From Phoronis australis (Eukaryota; Animalia; Phoronida), in contig NMRA01000083.1 in NCBI GenBank assembly GCA_002633005.1, forward strand, positions 260,896-324,895: a DNA stretch of 64,000 nt, written 5' to 3'. A model generated the notes under the pieces. That model did not search any database and had not been told where the DNA came from. It was given only the letters and a program-made list of their open reading frames with translations. The position numbers were made by a program, and so were the translations under genes. The stretch's first letter is position 1. Every line of letters starts with the position of its first letter. This document shows positions 1 through 13,700 of this stretch, piece after piece.

Positions 1-47
1 CATTTTGGAGTCTCATGTAAAGGATTTGCTGTAGGACGTAATTTAGT

Positions 48-492
48 GGGCCTGTTGCAACCCAAAGCTGATGCCAGCACTGAATTGATTTGATGCTTCA
101 GTTTGGCACGGGGTGGTGAACCAAACTAATGCCTGCGCTAAACTAAAGCTACCGTAAGTTCCCAAATTATTGCCTATGGTTTATATGTTTTTTAATGGTT
201 ATCAGAACTGAAATTGACGACACCGAGTGCGGCGTGGTGCGTAATAGTTTCTCAGGACATTTCACCCATGTGATTCATCCATATGACCTGCATACGTGAG
301 CACTTATTGTCGTCTCTTTTGGGTTCTGATAAGCATCAAAAAAGTCCATGAACCACGTGCAATGATAATTTGGGAACTTACAGTAGCTTAAGTTTGGCGT
401 AGGCATCAGTTTGGCTAACTAACCTGTGCCAAATTGAAGTATGCCCGGCAATTCAATTAGGCGCAGCAATCAGTTTGGGCTGCAACAGGTCC
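48..492. mobile_element. Palindromic MITE with GGGCCTGTTGCA...TGCAACAGGTCC termini (PIF/Harbinger-like), interrupted at its centre
   Basis: Arms 48-149 and 386-492 are imperfect reverse complements of each other along their length. Confidence 0.65.
152..383. mobile_element. Tc1/mariner-type MITE with TA target duplication
   Basis: TIRs CCGTAAGTTCCCAAATTAT / ATAATTTGGGAACTTACAG, flanked by TA at 150-151 and 384-385. Confidence 0.7.
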
Positions 493-1028
493 ATTTGTTG
501 GGAGCTTCTTAAGTTGCCCTGTTGATTGTGAAGAATTTTCTCAGTGGCAAGGGTTTTCATCTAGAGCTACATAAAATTGAAGGAAACTAAAAAAATTAAT
601 AAACAACTCGAATACTCTTATGCATGTAATGTCAATCCTTTTTGTAGATTTTTGTCTCAAAAACTGACTCATTTTATTTTGTCGCAAAATTGACTCTCAT
701 TAAGTCCCAAATTTATAAAAAGTGGTATGCAGAACTTTGGTTCTGCCCGGGGCGATTGTTTATGGGATAGTCCCTCTTACTATAGTCAAATGCATGGACC
801 CTAGTACTAAGAAAAGAGAAACTATTCAATTTAAGTACAAATCAGTCACAGGTTATTCATAGTAATTCAGTGGATGCCGCCGATGTGTATGTCCGGGGCC
901 GTCGCTCCATCACCTCTCCCCCTTCCATGCGCTATACAGCTGTAAAGTGCCATGAATTCAGTTAGGAAATGGGTTATGATTACTTTTGGCTTCCCTTATT
1001 TTGTGAACTGAGTTTTCATCAGGCATGT

Positions 1029-1200
1029 GTTACGCTAACATTATTTGCATGCAAGTGAACGAGAAAAGATGCACTGTTCACCTCAGAGTATCCAGTGAAT
1101 TCCTCACCATATAAAAACGTTAGATGGCGCCATCACAGATTGTAGTGAGGTAGTTACTATTCATTGGGTTGGCCGAATGTGTATTGGATGAGATAACTGT
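1029..1200 (+). repeat. Dispersed repeat, second copy at about 3217-3465
   Basis: ttacgctaaca...ttgcatgcaa...acgagaaa...cacctcagagtatccag is shared. The second copy has an internal duplication. Confidence 0.65.
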
Positions 1201-1259
1201 GGTGGTAAACCAATTCGCCTTCCAAGTAAGGCAAATGACCAACTTTTACTAGTGCGACT

Positions 1260-1285
1260 CACACACACACACACACACACACACA
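1260..1285. repeat. (CA)n microsatellite
   Basis: Directly visible CA run. Confidence 0.9.
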
Positions 1286-4200
1286 TATCTGATAATTAAG
1301 GTAAGACGGGAGTTGTCGTTCTGTGCATTACAATTAACAGCTGTTGCGAATACGGGTTGCAAAAGAACATTCCGTCTGTATGTGTAATCGGGACGCTGAC
1401 ATGCATGTCTGGTTATCGAGCCTGGTTAGGATTTGATGAAAACAATCGCCATGATACAGTATGCAGTATGCATCAACTATACAAAGCAGTACAATCTTGA
1501 GTTTCGCTCTTAGGCACTGTCCGTCTTTGTTCTGAGATACTAGAAATACGGGATGCGTGCATTTATGATTGATGCGCCATGATTGACAATCAAGCCCCAG
1601 CATTTTGAGGGGAAAAATGAGACCGATCACTTGCATTGGAGTAAACTGGGTATGTATTTGGAGACGAAAGTTTGAGAGACTGGACCTTAGTGGACTTAAT
1701 CATTCGTAACTGCAAGAACGGCTGCGGTTGAATATGATTGAGCCGAAATGTCTTATCTATATAAAGCCACACGGTGGGCCACTATTTATAGAGGCCATCA
1801 CATGACAAACCGGGCCAGTGACAAGTTCACCCTTAAAGTTCTTGGAATTCAACCATGACCAAATAAGGTATAACCAAAATAGAAGAATACACTAGCTCCA
1901 ACGATGACCAACAGGTGTCATGCTAATACAGAAACAGAGATGTGATCATTCGTGTTACCATATGTAACCGCAGCTTATAATTACTTCCGCCTTGTCCCAG
2001 GTTTGCGGCCACACAGGAATTACAATTGACGCAAGGTAGCTTAGAACAAGTTACCCTATCCCAATAAGGTGGAGGAAGTTGTCACAAGTAGGGCAAGTTG
2101 CACTAGTTTAAATAGCGTCCGTACAGCAATCGTTCCAAGAGTAACTTGTTCTGTGTGTGGAGGGCACTAAAGCACTGTCTTACATTAAATTGATGGAGGC
2201 TCTATGTGTAAGCAGCATTAGCCATTGTTAGTGGTATCATTTTTATCAGGAATTATCATCATCAATCATGCCTTATCCAATCAAACATTGAATCTGGACT
2301 ATGCTCTCCATTAGAAATTACCTACTGCAGTCAGTGGTTGACTTGGCAACCCGCATATTGCGTTTGGCAACCTGGAAAATATCCCAAGTCACCATGAAGT
2401 CGCCACTGCGAGTACTAGTATCAAAGTCAGAAAATAATTCCCCTGAAATTCGTTTCAAAGTTTTTGTTGACATACAAACTTGAAACTACTAACAGTTTTC
2501 CTAGATTGGCTTTGGTTCACAATTGTTTCGTTTATTTCGTGAAATCATTGCATTTGTCACCACAGCAGTCAGCAAACATCAAACACGCTTATAAATTACA
2601 ATGGGAAGAAAAAAGACGGAAGTTGTAATTTTTCCACAAAAATTGGGAAAGATCAGTAAAGCATGCGCCTGCTGTGTATGTGGTCGTCTGCTTCTGTCTT
2701 TGTTTGAATGGTGTATATGGGGAAAGGAAGAGAAAAATGTAAGTTTCTGTGAACAACTTTGTTTTTTAATACACGATTTCGACGTCAGTTTTGGTGACCT
2801 CAGATTTTGTTTGGCAACCTGGCGTCAACCTGGGTGTCGAGCACTGTACCGTGTAGTCAATATTTTAGATTTTTTTACTCATTGTGAAGTTATGTTCTGC
2901 ATTTACTGCATCACAGCACGCCCCAACAAGTAGGACATGTTATTGTTGAGCTGGCCTTAATTCAAGTGAACAGCTTGCTATTTTGATGAAATGTTTATGT
3001 TTCTGACCACTAACTTGTTATCAGCTTCACATAGGGCACATTGAATTTTACTTGGTATGTCATTGACCTACCCTTCGGTAAAAGATAAATTTGTCATCTA
3101 AGTACAGCCACAGCTCAAAATATATATATATAGGTTCCTATGAAGGTGAAAATGTCGCATTCCAATTTCTGAGTTCCAAGTGGCCATTTCTAGTATTTTT
3201 ACACATTAGACAAGTCTTACGCTAACACGAATTGCATGCAATTGGACGAGAAATCGTGCACTGTTTACCTCAGAGTATCCAGCGAAGACACTGCTTCAAA
3301 AGTGGACGAGAAAGTGTCGACTGTTGTCCACAGAGTTATCCAGTGAATTCCTTGGCACATCAAAGGCTTGATGGCATTGTCGCAGATTGAAGTGACCTAG
3401 TCGCTATTCATGGGCTTGGATGAATATGTATTGGATCAGATAATTGCAATTGTAACCCAACTTGCCTGTGTTTAGCTTACTAGTTTCAAAGTCAAAAAAT
3501 GAACAATAAGTAAGGCCAACATGAAAATTGAAAGGTATATACTAGCTGTCTTTGAATTTTTAAAATTGATGCATTATAAGAGAAATTAGCGTATAGGATT
3601 TCTTTACCATCACGGCTAAGGCATGGGCATTAATTTGTGAATAGATTAGGACAGATTAGTCAAAGTCTGGCATAGGCTCGCTTAGGTGTTGGGGTAACAA
3701 AACCCAAATGTTAGTGTAGAAGTTGTCTCATGATCTATTTTATCGTATATTTCTGCCAAATGGCGTTTGCAGGTAGTCGTGGTAATGGGTGTGATGGTAG
3801 CTTTGTTTGCCTTGTCAGTTTTGGAAGTGACTTTATGCCAGTGTCTCTTTTAACGTTTGCGGATTTTAATTTATGATTGTTACAGGTGACTGTCTGTTGT
3901 TACGGTAAGTGTTAGAGGTGTCAAGGTCGTCTTTGTTGTTGTCTGTGTTGTTGATTCCGGTGTTGTTGACAGTTTGATCAGCGTTGTTGTTGTGTTCAGG
4001 TTTAGTTGCATTATTAATGTCAGGAGAGTCTATTATGTTGTTGCTCTTGTTGCCATAACCATTTTCGACTTTCCTAAGTGTCACATCTACAGAAAGCTTA
4101 CGTTTTGTTGCAAATAATATCTGTGGATATGGTGATCAGATGGCTTGCTCCAGCTACATAACCTTAAATATAAATAACGTGATATAAATAAATGTAAAAC

Positions 4201-4632
4201 AGAAAACAAATACATCATGAGTTTGAAGGAAACTCAACATGTTTGGGTGTGAAATTAACATTGATATTATTAATATATTAAAGGACATTACCTTATGTAC
4301 ATAAAAATTATTAACCCTATCACTTCTAGAATGAAATTGTATTGCAATAAGATTTCTTTTTTAAACATTGCAGTTAACCAGGAAATTTAAAGAGATTGCT
4401 ACGTACTTCAGTTAAGAAAATTAGCAAGTGGAAAAAGATATGTTTCGTTTATTTACAGAGATCTAAGCTTTTGTCTGAAATGTCTTAGGCCTTCAGCGTT
4501 TACTGTCTCAAACAGTTTAAATTTAATATTATAAAAACATGGTTGGGACCCTTATCTCGATCAAATATAAATGTATATAAATAGTGTTGAAGACACTTTG
4601 TTTGCCAAAGAAGCAAACTAGAAAGTGATATA

Positions 4633-6032
4633 CCGTATTCGCCGTAATAACCGCCCAGGGTGCTTAGAAAAGTTCGGTTCAGGGGGGGCGCTTATTATAA
4701 CCCAAGGCGGTTGAAACCCGGTCTCCGAAACGGGTGAATTGGGAAGCTAAGATTCATCAAAATTACGCTCTGCAACGTATATGTAATCTATGAAAGACTT
4801 TCAACAAAAGTGTGGTGCATTGCTATCGAACTTTGCTGCTAAATTACGATCATTTTACAGAAAATTTTGCTGAAATCCCCGGGCGAAAACTCGCCAACTG
4901 ACTGCCTCGAAATCGCCATCTTCGATATGGCGACTTGAATAAAAATGGTTTCGACTTAAGCAAATTACCAAAAACCCTCATTAAGTTTTATAAGTACCGT
5001 CTCTAAGATTTTTTTAAGTTCCCGTGGAGTCTGGATTAACGGCAGGTTTATGTACAAATCTGTGCAACATCGTGCCATCTACATGTATGATCGGCAACAC
5101 GGTGAGAAAAATGTCTGGACGAACACACGCATTATTGTCCCATGACGTTTGTTTTCAAGTTCGTCTGCGAGTAAGCGAGCGCGTGCGTGTCACCAGATTT
5201 CATTTGCCAAAGCAGTGACCGTCTTTCGGTCAGAGCCTTGCAAACCAACTAGCTAGATGTGTCTAAAGAAATTTGCACAAGCAGTAGGCCTAAACCAGAG
5301 CGTGTTTCATTCAGCACTTGCCGGTCTCGTGCTAAAAACTTTCTACATTTGTCTCGGTAAGGCCCATATTAGTCGCCGTGTAGCTGGATGCGTACGTAAC
5401 TATCAGTTGTCATTTTATCGTATATTCGGCTTAAAAACTCCAATTATGGTTAATCAAACAATCCATCTCAAAAATAACGCAAACATGTTTTATAGTATTA
5501 GAAATTGTTGGAAATTAGTGCCAATATTCATTTCTTATCGATGCTATGCTACCCGTTTCATGAATGGATAGTTCCCGACTAATGTCTTTGATGACAGGTT
5601 CATGTATGTAGCGCTCGCTTCCTGGCCACGTGCGTTTAACACAGAGTTTAACACTGAGTTATTTTTATTCATGAGACAGTCGATGTGTCTACTGAAAGGT
5701 CAGACCATAGTGGGACACGGTCGTCGCAAGAGCGTAGCGAGTAGCGTAGATGAGCGTAGCAATGCTGTTGCGTTCTTTTTGAAGCGCTGCGTTACTTTGT
5801 GTGAAGTCACGGCTAAATACAAACGTAGCAGTGCCGCTGGTGGTCTAGAAGACCCATGCAAAATTTTTTTGATAAATTGAAGACGTTACTGTAGCCGAGT
5901 TTTAGGACTGTAGGTAAGTCATTGTTCGCATGTACACGTTCATGGACTGGGCACTTATTTCAGCAAAGTCTGAAAACGTGTGGGGGGGCGCTTATAATAT
6001 AGGGGCATGGGCGGTTATTACGGCGAATACGG
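4633..6032. mobile_element. Full-length non-autonomous Tc1/mariner (pogo-like) DNA transposon, 1.4 kb
   Basis: Perfect 25-bp TIR CCGTATTCGCCGTAATAACCGCCCA, with TA on both sides (4631-4632, 6033-6034). No transposase ORF. Further copies lie at about 28640-29187 and 48349-48902. Confidence 0.85.
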
Positions 6033-8269
6033 TATGGCGGGTTTGCTACTAGGAAAGATAAAAACATTACTTAAGGAATGATGTAGAAAGTAACAGAAGT
6101 GTGGTAGTTATACAAAAAGTTTATTAAATAGTCTGAATCTTGTCACAATAGGGAGTGAGCAGTTTGTGAAATACCAAAAATGTGCAACTCTTTGTTTGTG
6201 CATATTTCTTTTGAATAAACAAATTTGTTGTGATTCTTTACATACTGTAGTTTTTCAGTTGTTTGACTCAATAATATGTCACATTGTCTTTCCTATTTTG
6301 AAAGCCTCACTAACCAGGCCTTCATCTAGGGGGTGTCCAAGTCATCCAAATGGACACCTTGAGTCAAATTTAGACATTCTATTTGGGATGTCCTGTTCAG
6401 CATTTGGACACCCAGTTAAACTAAGCAAGTAATCATGGGTGTTTTTTTAACAGCCGTGGGAGCTCATTGGCCTATCTAGAATAAAAAATTAGAAATCATT
6501 CTAGATACGAAAAACTTATTGCAGAACCATGTCTGTACAGTAAACCACCAAACTACAACGGCAATTTGATTTGGGGTCATAGAAATGCCACACTTTATTG
6601 GTCATAGACACCCTATGAAATGGGGAAACCCATTTTTGGATGGCTTATTTATTTTTGAAATCCTGAATTACTGTAACCTGTGTCACTGGTGTGCTGCAAG
6701 TAAAAAAGTCGCACCATTTTCCCGGCTGACAAAACTATTACGGCAGTTGATGTTTTTTCGTTTTCAAAGAATTATAACATTGTTGTCATTACCTGCCATT
6801 TTCCTGGAGTGTAAAAATCAAGAAATTTCCACTATCATGATCTAACCTCGAATCACGCTTGATTAAACTTGTCAAGCAAGTATTTTGTGTTGGTACACAA
6901 TACTGTAGTTAAGCGGGTGAGACCTTACAGCCAGACAAAGGAATCTACAGGTGAAAGTTAAGTCTAATTGTTCTGAAAGTCAACCGTTTTTTCTCCATTC
7001 AAAGTTCTTTGGTGAAAGTATTTCATACAAAACGCATCTGGGTCACGACATTTGTTGAAAGTTGTTTGCAAATGGTATTTTAAATATTGGTTAATGTCTG
7101 AGCCAGCTGTTTACAACACAATTGATGGATTGCTTGAGCTTTCAGATGAAAGCAGACATTAAGAGAGCTGGACTATGGTTTGCCACTGTCAAACTGATAA
7201 TAACACCGCTGTATCCCGATTGGCCGACCAGTCAATCGGGATGCTCGTTCTGCAGCATGGGTGTGTAACGGTGAATATCCACAGTTTCCCGAAACATAGA
7301 CTAATAGCACATGAAGTGGCTACACAAACCACAATGTTTGTGACCTTGTACACTAGCTGCGACATCACTAATTACTAGCAGTGCCTCAGGTGTGTTTTAA
7401 CAGTTTGCTTCCAGGAAGTAGGTTATCTGCTCACTAATCAGAAGCTAAGTTGTGTACTGGACGGAAGCAGCGCCTCCTCTGGGAGTTCCATGAGAAAATA
7501 TTTCAGTTTAAAATGTATTGCCTATGATCTGTGCTGGAAACAATGTCTATCATGATGGCATTGGGATAGAACTGTGTGATCTGAAGAATGCTACTTCAGT
7601 CGGTGATACTTGTAGGTCTCAGAAAGCCAATAGGCCTATGTCACTCAGATTTTGAATTTTATCGTTCGTTAGTGTTTAAAAATTTTACTTAATAAGATCG
7701 TCGTTTCTTCCATATATTTTACGACTACTCATATTTCTATCCTCTGTCTGATGGAAAAGTGGTACAGTTACTTCCAATATAGCTTAATATTGACCAACCT
7801 GAATATCACTTTTCATGCCACCTGGACATCAGGTATTCCTAATCAGGATCTGACCAATCAAACAATTCCGGGCTCAACTATTCAGCTATCTATAGGGGAT
7901 AATAAAGCCATTATCTTTTGGCCCAGGACCACAAACCCTATGTTAAGCTGGGTTAGTTACGCAGTCCAACTGGGATAATAATGTGATTAAGAGCAGGGTT
8001 CAGAAAGAACTGCTTTCACTGACTGCATGTCAATTTCAAAAGGCCTGTTGTGTGGGAATAACCTATGATTTACAAGCATCTGCAAAATCCACTGTGCAGA
8101 TTAGTTAACCCCTCCATGCCCAAAATGAACATTATGCAGAAATCATAACCTTTGACCACGAACCCAGCAGGCCATGTCAACACGTCGCAAAGCAGGTACA
8201 AACAAGAGCAATTCAATAAGAAGAAAAATCAAATGGAAGAGGAATCGTGATGTCACCCTTGGGATTGTA

Positions 8270-9064
8270 TACACCGGTGACCTAAAGTCGTGAATATAAG
8301 CATAATAAGCAGTTGATTGTCATACTACCCAATGTCAGTTTGCAACTGCTCATGTGATGTCATGGACATATATCAGCCTTCACAAATATACGTGTTTTGA
8401 CAATCTTAATCCTTGTTTGTATCCGTAAGCAGAGTTTTAAAACAGTCGCTAATATCGCTGGCCATTTTGAATGAGGCCCTAAAGTCGTGAACGTTTCGTT
8501 TAGACGGAAATGCACGAAGTATGACCACACATGTCAACTACAGTGCTTCCAGTTACTCTAGATGACATAAAAATGCATTGCATTGTTTATTAATTCAGTT
8601 TCAATTGAAATAAATTGTTATATGTTTTGCACCCAACTTTGATGTGCACAGACATTTTCAATGAGGTTGTTCACGTAAAACGCTAAGAATCCAGCATCAA
8701 TTATCACTCTGTATTTTATTGTTTTGGCCTTACAAAACTTGATCCACCCTGGGACATTTTGATACATTGTTCAAGCTACCCCTGGAGCGCGTGATTGAGT
8801 AAATCTGAACGATAAATATTTTCAAAAATATATCTAAAGAACGCACAAAAAAGTGAATTAGTGAAATATGCTGAAAAAAGAAGCCACTCACTCACTGTTT
8901 GTTATCATATTGTGAATACGAACACGTCCGGGTATTCGTTTGACGTTCGTAAGCAGACGAACGCTGGAAACTTCAACAACGCCCAGATGTCGCAGGATGG
9001 CGCAGAAGAGGAAATAAGATCGTTCACGAGTTTAGGGCACTCATGACTTTAGGACCTCTGACGG
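8270..9064. mobile_element. Probable TIR element with reiterated CCTAAAGTCGTGA subterminal motifs
   Basis: cctaaagtcgtga occurs at about 8281 and 8478. Inverted copies tcacgagtttaggg and tcatgactttagg occur at about 9024-9053, and the element ends in cgg+TA. Confidence 0.5.
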
Positions 9065-10095
9065 TATAATAAGTAGATGAGGAATAATCAGTGTGGGCTC
9101 TAAGGTTTTAGCATTGGCGAAAAAACTTTTCACCAAGTATGATGCTGTGACACAAAGTTTGCACGATACAGGTTGCAATTTTCGTTCGATCACGAAATTT
9201 ACACGCAACTCGTAGTTCTAAAAGTACTGGAACCCTATTGTTTTTCGTCTTATCAGTTCCAAGATGGCAGATCTGGTGGCAATTTTGTTTTCACTTACAG
9301 ATTCAAATGCTCGTAGAGGATATATTTTTTTACCTACACAGCTGAAGATCAGTACGATTATTGTGCCAGACGTTTGCTACATACGTGCCAGAAATATTTA
9401 TTCTGGTTAAAGATGGCAGAAATATTGGCAATTGAGCATGTGCACCTTGATTTCGGGTTAAAATGTTTTGTCCTGTAGACAGTGCATTGTAGGGCCAATT
9501 TTTAATTTGCTAGTTTTCTGTGACAAGGTATTATCCAGTTCTGTGTAACTGGAAGTTGCTTTCAAGATGGTGGATCTGGTGCATTTTGACCCATTTTCAG
9601 TTTTCATGGGTACTCTTGCATATGATTTCTAACCATTTTTTCTCAGACTTGCTGTTTTTGAGTTGACTTTCAATTTTTTAAAAATGTAAAATTTGAAAAT
9701 TTTCGGAAATTGTACGTAATTTTATGAAACCGATGTGTTTGATAGAGTTTTAAACGGGCTTTCAGTTGGTATTTTCCATTTTTTTGCGAGGATGTCTACT
9801 GTTCGAATTATTTGAGATTTACTGATAATGCTGTTCCTTTGTTGAACGATTTTTGTTTGTTTAGTTTACCCTCTGTTGAACAAAACTGTGGCCTATTTGT
9901 TGCTCATTTCTGACATCTTCGTTCGTCGTATGAATGTTATCATATTGTTCATCACCTCCACCACCATCATCATAATCATTGTCGTGGTCATCATCTCCAT
10001 CATCATCTTTTCAGTTAATTTCGCCAAGTGATGCTCCCGGCCTCCGACCGCTTTCATTCTGTATATCTACCAATTGAGTGCATATCAACTCATTG

Positions 10096-10096
<1 letters not shown>

Positions 10097-10132
<36 letters not shown>
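10097..10132. repeat. (GTT)n microsatellite
   Basis: Directly visible, with one GAT interruption. Confidence 0.9.
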
Positions 10133-10133
<1 letters not shown>

Positions 10134-10720
10134 CCTTATCAGTTTTTTATAGTGTTCAGTGTAAAATTTTTATTCTCATGAGGAACCTAGTAAAAATTTA
10201 CTATCCAGTGAGGGTTAAGATGATGATCATTAGAAGGTTGGAGTTTGCTAATGGTAACATATATAGCCCATTGAATTCAGTCCTGCTGCTTGGACTGCTT
10301 GGTCACCTATGTAATCCTTAACCACACCTCGTCGTGTCATAAAACTATGTGTGCCTGTTGACTGCTGGCAGCCTAGCCATTCTCTTGTTATGTTGGCAGG
10401 TAATGGGGCAATTGAAACTTGCGCTTCAGTTCATAATTTTTTATTGGGTTTTGGCTGGAATTTTCACCTGTACTAAGTTGATCATGTATTCATGAGATGT
10501 CAAAAAGTTTTAAAAAGTTGTTGAAAAACGATGCCTCAGAGGTGAGAATTGAAGTACAAACTCAGTTTTGTAAAACGCACATCATTAATGTTAGACCTGC
10601 TAAACATTTCTGAATTATAAAGAATTTTACGCACTTCCCAATTCTTAGTCCATATTGTTTTGTCATCATGTCGCTTACTAAGGTTTAAATAGTATTTCTG
10701 ACCCAAAGTTTCTTTTTCAG

Positions 10721-13700
10721 GTACTGACGTTTAATACTGCTTGTACTCTCGGCATTAAGAAAGCGGAAACAGGCTTGACAGATTTCCACAGCACACCTTA
10801 TCTTTCGTTTGAAAACTATCTCTACTACTTGAACATAGAAGTCTTTCAAAAGTTACAAGAAGACATAAAAACTGCTGCCCTGGACAAAATTGATGAAGTC
10901 TGTTGGCTGATCTGTGCCAAGCGCTATCTTAAGCGGGACCCTAGAATCATCGATGACGATGGAGTATTCAAGTTATGGATGATGTTTAACTTTTTGGCGG
11001 AGACCAACTCTAATGGCGAGCCATTGTACCCCCTCTTCATGGATCACGAAGAAGTGAAGTTTCTGCTACAGAGATTAGTCCAAATATTAGGATGTCCGTG
11101 GTCTGATGAAGCTTTAAGCGAGGTCTCTAAACAAATCAAGCAGTTCTCCTTTCCAGCATTTTTGAACGTCATAGAAACGAGGTATGCTAATGGAACGGAC
11201 ACCAACGGCATGCGTATAGGGGTCGGGGAACTCTATGAAGAATTTTTAATGGACATTATCAAAAAGGTGAGAAGTGTTGCATCGCAGACCCTTGCTGGGT
11301 AGCTTTTTTGCATATATTGATCATGTACAAAACCCCTGTCCTTACGAACTTTTAATGTTCAATCGCCAAGTTTTGAATTACGACAAAAATTTCTTCACAT
11401 TAGAACGCCTTGTGGCAGAATAGCAAAATTTTATTTCATCAAAATTTTCATTAAGAGTAAACGAGAAGACAATTTTACTCTAGGAACCAGTTACTGGTTC
11501 CTAGTTTTACTCGATTACGTATGTCGTCAACAAGGCTTGATGAAATTTTGATCATTTTGGCAATAAAGTGAGTGAAAAAGTGCCAATTTCGGCCGTTAGT
11601 TTTGGTCGAATTTGAGAAAACTTTGCTGCACTTCACTTGCCATTAAAATTGGTCTCTGCATTATGTTGCTTGCTGTTAGCAAGATTTGATTTCTGGGCTT
11701 CAAGAGAACACTAATAACTTTTCGGTTTGCTTTTTGTAAACATGAAGTCTTAAAAACAAGGACGTGAAGAAGACTTTGACAGTTGTTGAAATTTTGTGAA
11801 AAATAAAATCTGCAGTCTTTATTGCTCAGGTAGCTACTCATACTAAAAACACGTCGAAATAAACCAGCATTGTTAACAGTACGGTCATTTTTCTAAGAGT
11901 ACACTAATTTACAAACCATTTTTGTCTTGACAGTTTTATGTTCTAGTTAATAGAGACAAAAGTAGACATGCACTATGAGAGATGAAAGTCACGTGTTAGA
12001 ATTATAGACAAAACATCAATAACAACAATGAATTGCTAAGCACAATGACGGCTTCTAGAGATGATGGTTTGGCAGTGTGAATTATATTACCACAAGTAAC
12101 AAATAATTGTCCCAGTTGATAGATTTACTTCAAAATATAATACTTGAACACTTTGTCACTTTACTTTCTTCTTATGTTCACAAACTTTAAGAACTCTGCC
12201 TCAAGACCTCCGCTTGCATCGATGCTGTCTGCCGGTAGTACACTAGAAAAAAAGATGTATTCGAAAAAATCAGGCCAGAGAATGTGACACTGGGTTTGTC
12301 AACCCTCCCAATTCGATTTACTTGGGAAGCTCTTGGTTTTTGAAGTATTTCCACATCTTTCGGAAAGGTGGCAAATTCTCCTGATTCTTTAAACTAATTC
12401 TCTCAGTTTTCTTGAAATGTAATCACTGAGAGATCAAGGGGACAGTGTGCCTCACTGAGTTTCTGCCGCCTTTTATTTCGGTTTTCAAAGGTTGGAAATC
12501 CGTCACTGGATGTTTATCTATCATCTTTACATTTTGGTCTAGAGGGAGGTAACTAGTAGTCTAATAGTGTCTAAAAGGCCTTTCCCACTGCCTCCGAAGC
12601 TTCAGTACTACAGTGGGAGCACTTAACTTCAATCTATTATCGAAGTTAATTGCGGTACCTAACTCCGAAGTTAAGTGGTGGATTTAACAGAGAAGCGTCG
12701 ACGCTTCGGTATAATGAGAACACTTAACTTCGATGCAATCGAAGTTATCTGCAGGTGTCACTGCGATAATTCGCCAACAGTGGGCAGTAATTGGTTAAAA
12801 TTATTAATAATTTGTTAATAGTATTTGATATTTTGACAGTATAAGCATTGTTTCAATTTGTCCACGTGCTTGCTGGATTTTTTCATTAAAAATGAACGAA
12901 ATTCACTGAACGTTTTTTGTGCTCTGGAGTTCCTGCCAAAAGTATGCTTGGATCTGTTGCAAATCATAAGACTCCAATTTTTTGGTAAACGTCGTCAATC
13001 TTCTTCGTCTCTGAAGTTGACGTCCTCGTTTCTTTGTGGGGAGAGCGGGGAGGTGCTTGCCATTTTGGATGACAACGACAAAAACTGGCGCACGAAGGTA
13101 TACAGGCCCAATGAGATAAATTGCGTGTAAGTATATATAGCTCAATGTACAGGTCAAGGTCATGTTGGTGCAGCATTTCGATAATTTTGCTGAACTATAG
13201 CTCCAAAGTTGATGGGAAAACTCAAGCTAACTTCACTGTTAACCAGTTAACAGCGAAGCTAACTATATGAGAAACTATTTTCTTTACAATTGTAAATCAT
13301 GGGTGCTGTTCACATACAATTGTGAATCATGGGTGCTGTTCACTCGCAATTGGCCTTTTAATAGTGCATGCATGCTCAGTGAAAGCGATTCTTTGTGAAC
13401 CCTGCTCTTTGTCACACTATTGCCCCAGGTGGACTATGTAACTAAACACAGCTTAACAAAGGCTTTATGATTCTGGCTGAGAAGACAATAGTTTTGTTAT
13501 CATCCATGGATTTTTAAATAGCCAAGCCCTGAATGAAATAATGAAAAATGCAAGCAAAAGATTGTTTTTCGCTTATTTCATCTCGCTCAAACCGGGTTTT
13601 AGTAGATTCCACCATTGTCACTGGGGGTTTCTTAGAATTTTTTTTGATAACTGCACGCACAAGCATGAATTTACGAAGTGTACGAAGTATTTTGCCCTTG

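Noticed and set aside
2332-2846. Possible hAT-type element (CAGTGGTTGAC...GTCGAGCACTG)
   Set aside because: The termini are imperfect and no 8-bp target duplication could be confirmed.
5024-5218. ORFs MESGLTAGLCTNLCNIV... repeated at 48308-48505, and the related ORFs at 28570 and 48169
   Set aside because: They are chance frames inside copies of a non-autonomous transposon, with no transposase motifs.
1-10720. First coding exon of the SWAP70-like gene (expected ...WHAF..LD...KSQLK)
   Set aside because: No matching peptide with a donor site was found by eye. It is probably upstream of the window or too diverged.
10715-10727. AG|GT junction as a recursive splice site
   Set aside because: The GT is simply the Val codon at the start of the coding exon, and the donor consensus is weak (GTACTG).
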